A stretch of DNA of 59,572 bases, taken from positions 1-59,572 of the forward strand of contig JBFIJM010000005.1 of the NCBI GenBank assembly GCA_041600715.1. Reading direction: 5' to 3'. A program made the translations under genes and the position numbers. Each line of letters opens with the position of its first letter. Position 1 is the stretch's first letter. Under the pieces are notes generated by a model. It did not search any database. It was not told the origin of the DNA and saw nothing but the letters and a program-made list of their open reading frames with translations. The stretch comes from Candidatus Saccharimonadales bacterium. GTDB taxonomy: Bacteria > Patescibacteriota > Saccharimonadia > Saccharimonadales > 2-12-FULL-41-12. Positions 28,841-38,180 of the stretch are shown here, one piece after another.

Positions 28841-29428
28841 ATGCAAAAGAAAGTATGGGCTCTATATGAGCTTTTTTATCAGAAGCTTTACAATCAAGAA
28901 TTGTATATTTATTCTCCCTCAGAGAGTGCTTATAAGCAAACGGATAATTTCCTCAAGCTTCTGGATAAACAATACACATTAGAATCAATCGGAAATGATT
29001 TTCTGGTTACATATTTCATTTTTCAATTTGCTTACTGGAGCGAATTAGATATTTCAGCATACAATAAGAACATTGTTATATCCTACATAATAGGGCCTAA
29101 AGCATTCCAGCGATGGCTAGACAGAGACACCGAGTTTGACTATACAATAAATTTATTTCAGGTTAAAAAAACAAAGGTAACAAGGGGAGAGGCCTTAAAT
29201 CTAATTAAGGAGGTCAATGAGGAGCGACACGATGTTCTGAAACACGAGGAACAGGAAAAGACTAGATTTGTTAATACAGACAGACAATTAACTAATTGCA
29301 TAGAAAACACCACCCTTTACAACCCAAAATCAATACATTGTATTACGTGTAAAGAGAAAGTGACATGCAAGGAGCTACTAGAGGATAGATTCCCTCAGAT
29401 ATTTTATCATAGATTTAAAAGAAAATAA
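28841..29428 (+). CDS. Hypothetical protein with C-terminal Cys cluster, first gene of the replication operon
   Basis: C...HCITC....C motif, abutting the helicase gene. Confidence 0.6.
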   Translation: MQKKVWALYELFYQKLYNQELYIYSPSESAYKQTDNFLKLLDKQYTLESIGNDFLVTYFIFQFAYWSELDISAYNKNIVISYIIGPKAFQRWLDRDTEFDYTINLFQVKKTKVTRGEALNLIKEVNEERHDVLKHEEQEKTRFVNTDRQLTNCIENTTLYNPKSIHCITCKEKVTCKELLEDRFPQIFYHRFKRK

Positions 29429-30784
29429 ATGCAACTATCGGAAGATTTTATAATAGAGTTTTTTAAAGCCTGCGTCACAAGCAGGACCACCCTCGAGCTA
29501 GGATTGATTCACTTAAAGGATAATTTCCTGCCAACAGATGCTCACAAGAAGGTTTGGAAAAACATATCCCATATTTATGAGCTGAATGAAGTAGTCCCTA
29601 CAATCGGTGTTTTAAGTGAAAGAGTTAAGGGCGATGAAGAAGCAGAAGCTTTATTGGTAAAAATAAAACAGTGTAGAGTTACAGATAAAAAAGAAATGCT
29701 TATCAATCAGCTAGAGTCTTTTCTAAAAGAAATGAGATTCAAAGAGCTGTATAAAAAGGTGGGTACTTTATATAACCAAGAAAAAACAGAAGAAGCCATT
29801 GAATTACTGGCCAAGGAGAGTGAAGAGATATTTATGTTTAACTTCAAGAAAGACCTCCACTCAAAAGTATTTGGTCAATTCGAAGAAAGACAAACTGAAA
29901 GAAAACAAAGTGCCACTAATATAGATAAAACTAAAGTGCCAACCGGAATACACCCATTCGACCACTACACAAGAGGGGGTATATCAGCAGGAACCTCTGC
30001 GCTATTTTTGGCAAGGTCAGGGGTTGGTAAATCAACATTGTTAAGATGGCTAGGATTACATGCGGCTAGATTGGGCTTTAGAGTAGTTCATTTTCAAGCA
30101 GAGGGAACCGAAAGAGAAGCTATGGATGCCTACGATGCAGCGTGGACATCTATTGACTTAGAAGAGATGGAGCTAGGGAATATTCCTGCTAGTAAAAAAT
30201 CAAGGATTGAAAAAGTAAGAGCAGACATTGTGAATAGAAAGGGAGAGATATATGTCATCGCATCAGAGCAATTCGAGAGCATGTCCCTCAATGACTGTAG
30301 AGACCATCTTATAGAGGTAGAGAAAACTCACGGAAAAGTACACTTAGTGTTATTCGATTACCTGGAGATTTTTACAGTAAAAGGAAAATATTTTAACAGT
30401 GAGAATAGTGAAAGAAAAAGAAGAGAAGATATTGCGAATAAGATAACAAATATCGCAACAGAATTTAAGCTCGCTACTGCTACCGCTACTCAGGCTAACG
30501 ATATTAAGCCTGATAAATGGAATAGCCCTGACTATGTTATGACACGAAGTGATATAAGTGAATTCAAGGGTGCTTTAAAGCCATTCAGTTATTTTGCAAC
30601 TCTGAATCAGACTATAGATGAATATGAAGCGGGGGTGATGAGGATATTTAATGATAAGTTTAGAAAATACAAATCAGGGCAAACCTTTAGAATTTTCCAG
30701 TCAATGAGTAATAGTAGATTCTATGACAGCAAAAGAACCCTAGAAGCATTTTGGGATGAAGCATCAAAACAAACATCTAGATGA
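29429..30784 (+). CDS. dnaB: Replicative DnaB-like (SF4) helicase
   Basis: VPTGI..FD, Walker A ARSGVGKS, FQAEG, Walker B LFDYLE, and TATQAN. Confidence 0.9.
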   Translation: MQLSEDFIIEFFKACVTSRTTLELGLIHLKDNFLPTDAHKKVWKNISHIYELNEVVPTIGVLSERVKGDEEAEALLVKIKQCRVTDKKEMLINQLESFLKEMRFKELYKKVGTLYNQEKTEEAIELLAKESEEIFMFNFKKDLHSKVFGQFEERQTERKQSATNIDKTKVPTGIHPFDHYTRGGISAGTSALFLARSGVGKSTLLRWLGLHAARLGFRVVHFQAEGTEREAMDAYDAAWTSIDLEEMELGNIPASKKSRIEKVRADIVNRKGEIYVIASEQFESMSLNDCRDHLIEVEKTHGKVHLVLFDYLEIFTVKGKYFNSENSERKRREDIANKITNIATEFKLATATATQANDIKPDKWNSPDYVMTRSDISEFKGALKPFSYFATLNQTIDEYEAGVMRIFNDKFRKYKSGQTFRIFQSMSNSRFYDSKRTLEAFWDEASKQTSR

Positions 30785-31728
30785 AATTAGACTTGGACAT
30801 ATTAAAATCACTGATAGATGGAGGTCGTTATGATAATGACAAAAAGAACGTCTACGGAGTCTGCCCGTACTGCGGGGGAAACGAATTCGGCGTATCAACT
30901 CAGGATAACCATTTATTTGGATGCTTCAGGAAAAGTCAATGTGGGGTCACAGGAAATATTTTTAAGCTATTAAAGAAGCTAGACAGAGAGGACCTGCTCG
31001 AGGCAGAAGTAATCAGGTTAGGTGAAAAACTAGATATAGAGCTGGATAGAAATGAGAAGGATGAAGCAGATTACGAATTAACATCTCCGTCGATAAAACC
31101 ACCAATAGGTTTTAGGAGGGTGACTAAAAACGAATACTTAGAAAAAAGAGGGTTTACATCATTCGACAAATATACAGTAGGAACAACGCTATTGGATAAA
31201 GCATATAAAAACAGAGTGATTTTTCTAATTGAAGAGGACGGCGAGGTAAAAGGTTTCTTGGGAAGGGGGGTGAGTGATGATGTTAAACCAAAATATAAGA
31301 ATTCAAAATCTGACTTTGCCAAACTCCTATTAGGTATAGAGGAAATTGAAGAGAGCACCCACACACTAATATTAGTAGAAGGGCTCCTAGATAAGGATAA
31401 TGTAGACAAGCTGTTAAAACTAGATGAGCAAAGCGAAATCAAATGCTGCTGTACCTTTGGAGCGAAGGTGTCTGTTTACCAGATTATAAAAATGAAAATG
31501 TTCAATATAAAAAACATCCTCTTGTTTTATGAGGGAGATGTTATAGGCATTATCCAAAACTACGCTTTTAAGCTCGAAAAAGAGTTTGAGAAAGTATCAA
31601 TAATTCTACCACCTGAGGATAAAGACCCGGGTGATATTAATCTAGAAGAAATAGAAGAGAGCCTCGAGAAGAAGTATAGCCCTATGTATTTCTATAGAAA
31701 AAAATTAAATATTATTAAATTAAAGTAA
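30781..31728 (+). CDS. DNA primase (Zn ribbon plus TOPRIM)
   Basis: CPYC...CF....C zinc ribbon, YLEKRG, PKYKNS, LVEGLLD and KDPGD. Confidence 0.88.
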   Translation: MKLDLDILKSLIDGGRYDNDKKNVYGVCPYCGGNEFGVSTQDNHLFGCFRKSQCGVTGNIFKLLKKLDREDLLEAEVIRLGEKLDIELDRNEKDEADYELTSPSIKPPIGFRRVTKNEYLEKRGFTSFDKYTVGTTLLDKAYKNRVIFLIEEDGEVKGFLGRGVSDDVKPKYKNSKSDFAKLLLGIEEIEESTHTLILVEGLLDKDNVDKLLKLDEQSEIKCCCTFGAKVSVYQIIKMKMFNIKNILLFYEGDVIGIIQNYAFKLEKEFEKVSIILPPEDKDPGDINLEEIEESLEKKYSPMYFYRKKLNIIKLK

Positions 31729-31747
31729 AATTTCATATTTTTAGAGA

Positions 31748-32215
31748 ATGAGTGTAAGTAGAAAATTAAGCGTCACAGAACTATTCGATATACTTCAGCA
31801 AGAATACATCGTTTGCCAGCTCAGGGCGAAGATTTACCTAAAAGAGCATCTGAAGGAATATTGGGGTAAAGTGGCTGATGGCAAGAAAAGGAAAATCATA
31901 GATATAGCTAAAAAGAATTCACTACCATGCATCTTTGACCACAAAGAGATAGAAGGGGAGTACAACAAGAAGGTGTTTAGGGAAAAAGGCTATCCACATT
32001 TTTACTACACATCTAGAGAAGTGAAAGAGCAGCAAGAATATTGGGACCTGTGGAATTATTATTACAAAGATTCCCCCGTCAAAACATTCTTTGATGATAA
32101 AGAGCCTGAAGAGGGTGTGGTTATCAAAAACAATATAGAAGAAAAGCAAGTACTAGTCAAAATAGATAAAAAGGAATACCTGATATCTATGGAGAAAGTG
32201 ACTCGAATATTTTAA
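31748..32215 (+). CDS. Hypothetical protein with SH3/KOW-like C-terminus
   Basis: ORF between primase and polymerase with a beta-strand-rich C-terminus. TATTTTTA box at 31736-31743. Confidence 0.55.
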   Translation: MSVSRKLSVTELFDILQQEYIVCQLRAKIYLKEHLKEYWGKVADGKKRKIIDIAKKNSLPCIFDHKEIEGEYNKKVFREKGYPHFYYTSREVKEQQEYWDLWNYYYKDSPVKTFFDDKEPEEGVVIKNNIEEKQVLVKIDKKEYLISMEKVTRIF

Positions 32216-32227
32216 ACAATCGGTATT

Positions 32228-35200
32228 ATGAAAATCGAAAATTGGTGTGAGCTGAACAAGCTCAATTTCTCTTTTGTAGAGAAAAATTCTTCCCTAATAC
32301 AAGTAGACCAAAGGTCATTTGTTATTATTAAAAGCAAAAACGGGACCCTCTTTGATGAGGACTTCACATTACAACTTGACAAGTATGAAACTGATTTAAT
32401 CAGTCAATACAAAATCGAAAACTACCTTTTTGAATTCGGAGAAAAATGGTATTATAGCCTAATTGATGACGTCGAAGTAACATTAAGGCCTTTCAAGTAC
32501 ATCGGTAAAGCCAAACTATCCGATTATTTTGATTTCCCTTATTTAGGTATTCATGGAAAATATGACCTGTGTAATGGCAGTAGAGACTATGAAGATTGGA
32601 TTAAGAAAGCACAATTCCTAGGTATAGACACAATAGGTTTATGTGAAACTAATACACTAGCTGGGACACTAGCTTTTCAAAGTGCTTGTGAGAAAATGGG
32701 CATGGGTTACATCATCGGAGAAGAGGTTTTGGTCAGAGATACAAAACTAAACGAAGAGTTTTTTGTAAAACTGTACGTGAAAAATGATAAGGGGTGGGAG
32801 AACCTACTTCTGGTTAACTCAGAGGTGAATGTGCATAACGAAGAGAAATTCATCGAGCTAGATAAATTAGTAGAGTTTTCAAAAGACTTAATCTGCACAA
32901 CAGCCCACTTAAACCCAAAGCATATTAAGAAGATGAAATCGGCTTTCCCGGGACAATTGTATTTTCAGTTCGATACCGTAGAGTACCTTTCCGATGAAAA
33001 AGATAAAGAACATCTCCTGAACCTGAAAAATTATCTAGATAATTTCTTCGACGTAATTGAGCCAGTGATAATTTGCGATAGTTATTATTTAGATACAGAA
33101 GACCATCACATCCGCCATACTTTAAATAAGATAGGGAAAACGAATTTCTATAATCAGTCAGCCAATCAATATTTCAAATCAACAGATGATATCTTCTGTC
33201 AAATTATTCCATTATTCAAGGATAGTGACGAGAGGCTAGATACGTTAATAGAAAGAAGTCTAGCTAGTTTACAGGAAATCAAAGAGGCATGCGACTTCTC
33301 TATCGAAACAGGAGTGTTTCATTTACCTCAATATGAAATGACTAAAGAGGAAGAGAACCTCTACAGCGGTAACGAAGACTTGTTCTGGAGCTTAATAGAA
33401 AAAGCTGTAGATGAAAAGCTAGTCGACAAGGTAGATGATTTAGATGTCTACATGAAGCGGATTGAGAAAGAAGTATCCGTACTGCAAAAAGGAGGCTTCC
33501 TAGATTATTTTCTAGTATTATGGGATATAGTAAACTGGTGTAATACTCAAGGTATAATGTCAGGGGTGGGTAGAGGCTCCGCGGCAGGTTCGCTAGTAGC
33601 ATATTTACTAGGTCTAGTAAAAGTAGACCCAATTAAATATGACCTAATCTTCGAGAGATTCCTGAATGAGTCACGTTTAAAGAGCTCAGCACCTGATATT
33701 GATATGGATTTTCCTGGAAATAGGAGAGACGAAATAAAAAGGTATATAGAGCAGAGATATCAGCCTGAGTATGTAACCTCAATTGGGACATTCGGTACCC
33801 TAAAGATGCGAGCAGCCATAAAGGACTTAGGAAGACAAAAAGGGTTACAGCCTCAAATTGTAAATTACTTTACAGCAATGATTAACCCAGAATCCTCTTT
33901 TACAGATATATTTAGACAGGCAATGACAACGCCAAGGCTAAAGCAATTTGTTCAAGAGAACGCAGATTGGATTAACTCGATACCTCTATGCTATGGGCAA
34001 CCCAAGAACCAATCAATACATCCAGCAGGGGTGGTAATCGCTCCGAAAAAAGACCAACATGGAAGAGATAGAAATATGTACACCTGGATGCCTATCAAAA
34101 AAGTAGAAGGGGTGCTGGTTACTGAATGGGAGGGTTACTATATAGATATGGCTGGATTTTTAAAAGCAGACATCCTAGGTATCAGGCAATTGGAAAAATT
34201 CCAAAGCATTATTGACCTAGTGAAAGAAGAGTGTAATAAAGAAATCGTTTTTGAAGACATACCACTAGATGAAGAGCCAGTATATGAATTATTCAGAGCA
34301 GGGCTGAACGAAGATGTGTTTCAATTCGGGGCCGCTGGTCTAAAAGGGTATTGTCAATTACTAAAGCCTGATAATATCGAAGACTTAATTGCAACAGTAG
34401 CATTATATAGACCGGGGCCTATGGAAATCGGAGCCCACAAGAAATATGCTAAGATTAAAAACGGAGAAGCTTTTCCTGAATACCTCTTAGGAACAAAAGA
34501 GATTACTCAGTCAACTTATTCAAATATTGTTTATCAGGAACAAGTAATGAGTATTTGTGTGGCAGTAGGGGGGTTTAGTTTAGCAGAGGCAGATGATGTA
34601 AGGCGAGCGATGGGAAAAAAGAACATTGAATACCTAAAAAATTACCAAGAGCAATTCGTAACTAACGCTATATCGACAGGATATAATAAGATAGATGCCA
34701 TCAAGTTATGGAACAACCTAGAGAGTTTTGCATCTTATGCATTCAACCGTTCACATGCCACGGCTTATGCATTCACAGGATACTACTGCCAATGGTTCAA
34801 AGAAAATTATCCATTACAATTTTGGTTAACTTCGCTAAAATATGCTGATGCAGATAAAGTACCTTCGAGAATTAATGAGATACATAAGACATCTCCTATA
34901 AAAATATTACCTCCAGATGTGAATTATTCTCAGCCCGGGTATGTAAGTGATACAAAAAAGAATCATATTTACTGGTCTCTAACGTCCGTTAAGTTTATTA
35001 GCGAGAAAGCATCTGAGTCCATAATTGCAGAGAGGGAATCAGGGGGAGGGTTTCTTTCGCTAGAAGATTTTTATGCTAGGGTGGAGAAGAAAACTGTAAA
35101 TAAAAGAGTAATTTTAAATCTGATTTTATGCGGAGCCTTCGACCAAATCTATAACATAGATTCAAGTCAACCCGAGAAAAGATTTAGTTTAATTAAAGAA

Positions 35201-35656
35201 TACTGCGACTTGACCAAAAGCGACATACCGGGAGAATTCAACGATGACGTTAATTGGAAAAGTTATTTTTACACTCTAAAGCAAAAGCAGTTATGTGGAT
35301 TAGGTTATCTCAATTATGCAAAGCTATATGAATCTGTGGATATGCAAGGCACTTTAGTTTCAGAAGATATTTTCTTCTCAGAGGAGGCTCGAGGTATCCA
35401 CAAGTGCGTGGGGGGAGTTATATCTGAAGTAATAGAGAGAAAAAGCAAGAAGGGACCCTTTGCGATGATATCTCTGGACTGTAATAATGAAATGGTTACA
35501 TGCATCATGTGGGCCGAGATATGGCCTGAGTACAAAGAACAATTATTAAATAATAAAGAAAGAATTTTATTTATAGCAGGGGAAATAAAACATGACACTT
35601 TCCGTCAATGTAATATTTTACAAACCAACAAGGCTACAAAAATAAAGATTGTATAA
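32228..35656 (+). CDS. dnaE: DNA polymerase III alpha subunit (family C, DnaE-type)
   Basis: PHP domain, GRGSAAGSLVAYLLG, FERFLN, PDIDMDF, HPAGVV, FLKADILG, ALYRPGP, YQEQVM, YAFNRSH and a C-terminal OB fold. Confidence 0.95.
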   Translation: MKIENWCELNKLNFSFVEKNSSLIQVDQRSFVIIKSKNGTLFDEDFTLQLDKYETDLISQYKIENYLFEFGEKWYYSLIDDVEVTLRPFKYIGKAKLSDYFDFPYLGIHGKYDLCNGSRDYEDWIKKAQFLGIDTIGLCETNTLAGTLAFQSACEKMGMGYIIGEEVLVRDTKLNEEFFVKLYVKNDKGWENLLLVNSEVNVHNEEKFIELDKLVEFSKDLICTTAHLNPKHIKKMKSAFPGQLYFQFDTVEYLSDEKDKEHLLNLKNYLDNFFDVIEPVIICDSYYLDTEDHHIRHTLNKIGKTNFYNQSANQYFKSTDDIFCQIIPLFKDSDERLDTLIERSLASLQEIKEACDFSIETGVFHLPQYEMTKEEENLYSGNEDLFWSLIEKAVDEKLVDKVDDLDVYMKRIEKEVSVLQKGGFLDYFLVLWDIVNWCNTQGIMSGVGRGSAAGSLVAYLLGLVKVDPIKYDLIFERFLNESRLKSSAPDIDMDFPGNRRDEIKRYIEQRYQPEYVTSIGTFGTLKMRAAIKDLGRQKGLQPQIVNYFTAMINPESSFTDIFRQAMTTPRLKQFVQENADWINSIPLCYGQPKNQSIHPAGVVIAPKKDQHGRDRNMYTWMPIKKVEGVLVTEWEGYYIDMAGFLKADILGIRQLEKFQSIIDLVKEECNKEIVFEDIPLDEEPVYELFRAGLNEDVFQFGAAGLKGYCQLLKPDNIEDLIATVALYRPGPMEIGAHKKYAKIKNGEAFPEYLLGTKEITQSTYSNIVYQEQVMSICVAVGGFSLAEADDVRRAMGKKNIEYLKNYQEQFVTNAISTGYNKIDAIKLWNNLESFASYAFNRSHATAYAFTGYYCQWFKENYPLQFWLTSLKYADADKVPSRINEIHKTSPIKILPPDVNYSQPGYVSDTKKNHIYWSLTSVKFISEKASESIIAERESGGGFLSLEDFYARVEKKTVNKRVILNLILCGAFDQIYNIDSSQPEKRFSLIKEYCDLTKSDIPGEFNDDVNWKSYFYTLKQKQLCGLGYLNYAKLYESVDMQGTLVSEDIFFSEEARGIHKCVGGVISEVIERKSKKGPFAMISLDCNNEMVTCIMWAEIWPEYKEQLLNNKERILFIAGEIKHDTFRQCNILQTNKATKIKIV

Positions 35657-35674
35657 ATTTTAAATTCAAAGAAG

Positions 35675-37579
35675 ATGGACATAAAGCAGAAAACACCTTG
35701 GGGTGGAATAGGATACATAACCATGAAGAGAACCTATGCAAGACGTTTAAAAGAAGACGATGCAAGTTCTCCTACAGAAGAATTTTATCAAATAATTCAA
35801 AGGGAGCTCCAAGCCTGCGAAAAACAATTAGGTCTAACATTCACTGAAAAAGAAAAAGAAGAGTACTTCAATTCAAGAATGCAATTGAAGTGGTCAGTAG
35901 CAGGGCGCTTCATGTGGCAGTTGGGGACAAAGACGGTTGATAAATTAGGTCTACCTTCTTTACAGAATTGCGCAGGAGTAGTAGTAGATGAGCCCATAAG
36001 ACCTTTTACCTGGACAATGGAAATGCTGATGCTAGGGTCAGGCGTTGGATATAATATCCAAAGAGAGCATGTATACCAATTACCTAAATTGAAAGGGAAA
36101 ATTAAAATCAAACGACTAGATACAGCAGATGCTGACTATATAGTACCTGACACACGCGAAGGATGGATAAAACTAGTAGGCAAGGTACTGAAGGCTCATT
36201 TTTATAGAGGACAAGGCTTTACTTACTCGACACAACTTGTCCGTTCAAAAGGGGCTCCTATCAAAGGCTTTGGCGGATTAGCATCAGGACCTGAGGATTT
36301 ATGTTGGGGTGTGGAAGAAATTCATAAAATACTAAACATTAGAGCAAGGCAGAAAGTGAGGCCGGTCGATTGTTTAGATATCATGAATATAATTGGTGCA
36401 GTCGTAGTCTCAGGGAATGTAAGGAGGTCAGCTCAATTGGCCATCGGAGATTCTGACGACATAGAGTACTTGAAAGCAAAGAGATGGGATTTAGGTAAAA
36501 TTCCAAATTGGAGAAATATGAGTAACAACTCAGTGGCCTGCGATGATATAGAATCACTACCAAAGGAGTTCTGGGATACTTACGAGCAAGGAGAGCCTTA
36601 TGGATTAATTAATCTACAGTTATCGCGTAAAATAGGCAGAACTAACGAATACAAATATCCTGACCATGATGTAGTGGTTTACAACCCATGCGCAGAGCAA
36701 TCACTCCACAACTTTGAAACCTGCTGCTTAGCAGAGCTTTTTCTTCCAAACATAACATCCTATAAAGAACTAATTAAGGTGATAAGTCTAGCCTATAGAG
36801 TGAACAAACACTCGCTGGCATTAAAATGCGCGTTGGAGGAAACAGAAAAAATTGTTAATGCTAATATGAGAATGGGTATTGGGGTGACAGGTGTACTACA
36901 AGCATCAGAGGAGCAGAGGAGCTGGCTGAAAGAGGCATATGTGTGGCTAAGAGAGTATGATGAGAAATATTCAGCAGCAAATAATTTCCCGGTATCTATC
37001 AAGCTAACAACAGTGAAGCCAAGTGGTACTTTAAGTTTATTAGCAGGGGTAACACCAGGCGTTCACCCAAACCCTGCAGGACCTTATTATATAAGAAGAA
37101 TAAGGATTGCTACAAATAGTAATCTACTATCAGTGTGCAAGTCTCATGGATACCATATAGAACCTCAAAGAAAGTTTGATGGCAATGATGATAAGTCGAC
37201 AATGGTAGTGAGTTTTCCATGTAGCGTGCCAGAGGGCACACCTGTGGCGGGGAATTGTAACTGGAAAGAGCAACTGGAAATGATTAAAAGAATGCAGGCT
37301 GAATGGTCAGATAATTCTGTTAGCTGTACCGTCTATTATAAAAAGTCGGATTTAAAAGATATCAAGGAATATCTTAGAACTCATTACAACGAAAGTTTCA
37401 AAACACTGAGTTTTCTGTTAGAGAGCGACCACGGGTTTGACCAAGCCCCTTATGAAACAATAACTAAAAAAGAATACAAGAAAATGATGAAGGGCGTAAG
37501 ACCTATCATGTCTGTTGAGGTCGAAGAAGAAGATTTTCAAGTAGACGATTGCGATACAGGCGCTTGCCCTATAAAATAA
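35675..37579 (+). CDS. nrdJ: Class II (adenosylcobalamin-dependent) monomeric ribonucleotide reductase
   Basis: LQNC, GNVRRSA, NPCAEQ, ETCCLAE, TTVKPSGT and C-terminal CDTGACPIK. Confidence 0.92.
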   Translation: MDIKQKTPWGGIGYITMKRTYARRLKEDDASSPTEEFYQIIQRELQACEKQLGLTFTEKEKEEYFNSRMQLKWSVAGRFMWQLGTKTVDKLGLPSLQNCAGVVVDEPIRPFTWTMEMLMLGSGVGYNIQREHVYQLPKLKGKIKIKRLDTADADYIVPDTREGWIKLVGKVLKAHFYRGQGFTYSTQLVRSKGAPIKGFGGLASGPEDLCWGVEEIHKILNIRARQKVRPVDCLDIMNIIGAVVVSGNVRRSAQLAIGDSDDIEYLKAKRWDLGKIPNWRNMSNNSVACDDIESLPKEFWDTYEQGEPYGLINLQLSRKIGRTNEYKYPDHDVVVYNPCAEQSLHNFETCCLAELFLPNITSYKELIKVISLAYRVNKHSLALKCALEETEKIVNANMRMGIGVTGVLQASEEQRSWLKEAYVWLREYDEKYSAANNFPVSIKLTTVKPSGTLSLLAGVTPGVHPNPAGPYYIRRIRIATNSNLLSVCKSHGYHIEPQRKFDGNDDKSTMVVSFPCSVPEGTPVAGNCNWKEQLEMIKRMQAEWSDNSVSCTVYYKKSDLKDIKEYLRTHYNESFKTLSFLLESDHGFDQAPYETITKKEYKKMMKGVRPIMSVEVEEEDFQVDDCDTGACPIK

Positions 37580-37595
37580 ATTAAAGACTAGAGAT

Positions 37596-38072
37596 ATGAA
37601 ATACCAATCAACAAAACGCTTCGATAATTTTTCGATTGCACTAAGACAACACAAAGCATCACACAGCCACTGCGAATTACTTCATGGCTACGCATTCGAG
37701 TTTAAGATAACCTTTGAAAGTAATGAGGAGGGTATAGATGAACAGTTAGATGATATGAATTGGATAGTCGACTTCGGCGGCTTTAAAACACAGCCCGTAG
37801 GGAATGGATTAAAAGATTGGATGAACCTAATGTTTGACCACACTACCTTATTAGAAAAAGATGACCCTGTGTTAGATATTTTTCAACAACTAGAGCAGAT
37901 GGGTGTACTAAAGCTCCACGTTCTTGATAAAATGGGCGCCGAGAGCATAGCCAGATTAGTCTTTGATAAAATGAATGATGTATTAAGCAAGACAGATGGG
38001 GCGAGGTGTCGGGTACATAAAGTAGAATGCTTCGAGAACAGCAAAAACAGCGGTATATTCACAAGAAGTTAA
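37596..38072 (+). CDS. queD: 6-carboxy-5,6,7,8-tetrahydropterin synthase QueD (QueD-like)
   Basis: HC.LLHGY, W.VDFG, FDH and GAESIA motifs, next to queE/folE/queC. Confidence 0.85.
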   Translation: MKYQSTKRFDNFSIALRQHKASHSHCELLHGYAFEFKITFESNEEGIDEQLDDMNWIVDFGGFKTQPVGNGLKDWMNLMFDHTTLLEKDDPVLDIFQQLEQMGVLKLHVLDKMGAESIARLVFDKMNDVLSKTDGARCRVHKVECFENSKNSGIFTRS

Positions 38073-38112
38073 AGATAATCTATTGATTTTCAGAGAAATA
38101 TGTGGTTTTCAT

Positions 38113-38152
38113 AAATAAAATTTGTTTATGTGTGTCAATGTACATATCTTTA
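38113..38152 (+). promoter_or_regulatory. Phage promoter AAATAAAA-TTTG-N20-TATCTTTA
   Basis: TTTG at 38121-38124 and TATCTTTA at 38145-38152. The spacing matches Bacteroidota -33/-7 promoters. Confidence 0.8.
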
Positions 38153-38180
38153 TGGCTTATAAACACTTAAACATCGGAAA

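Noticed and set aside
32228-37579. Inteins or self-splicing introns in dnaE or nrdJ
   Set aside because: Both ORFs are continuous, of normal length, and lack intein splice motifs or homing endonuclease signatures.
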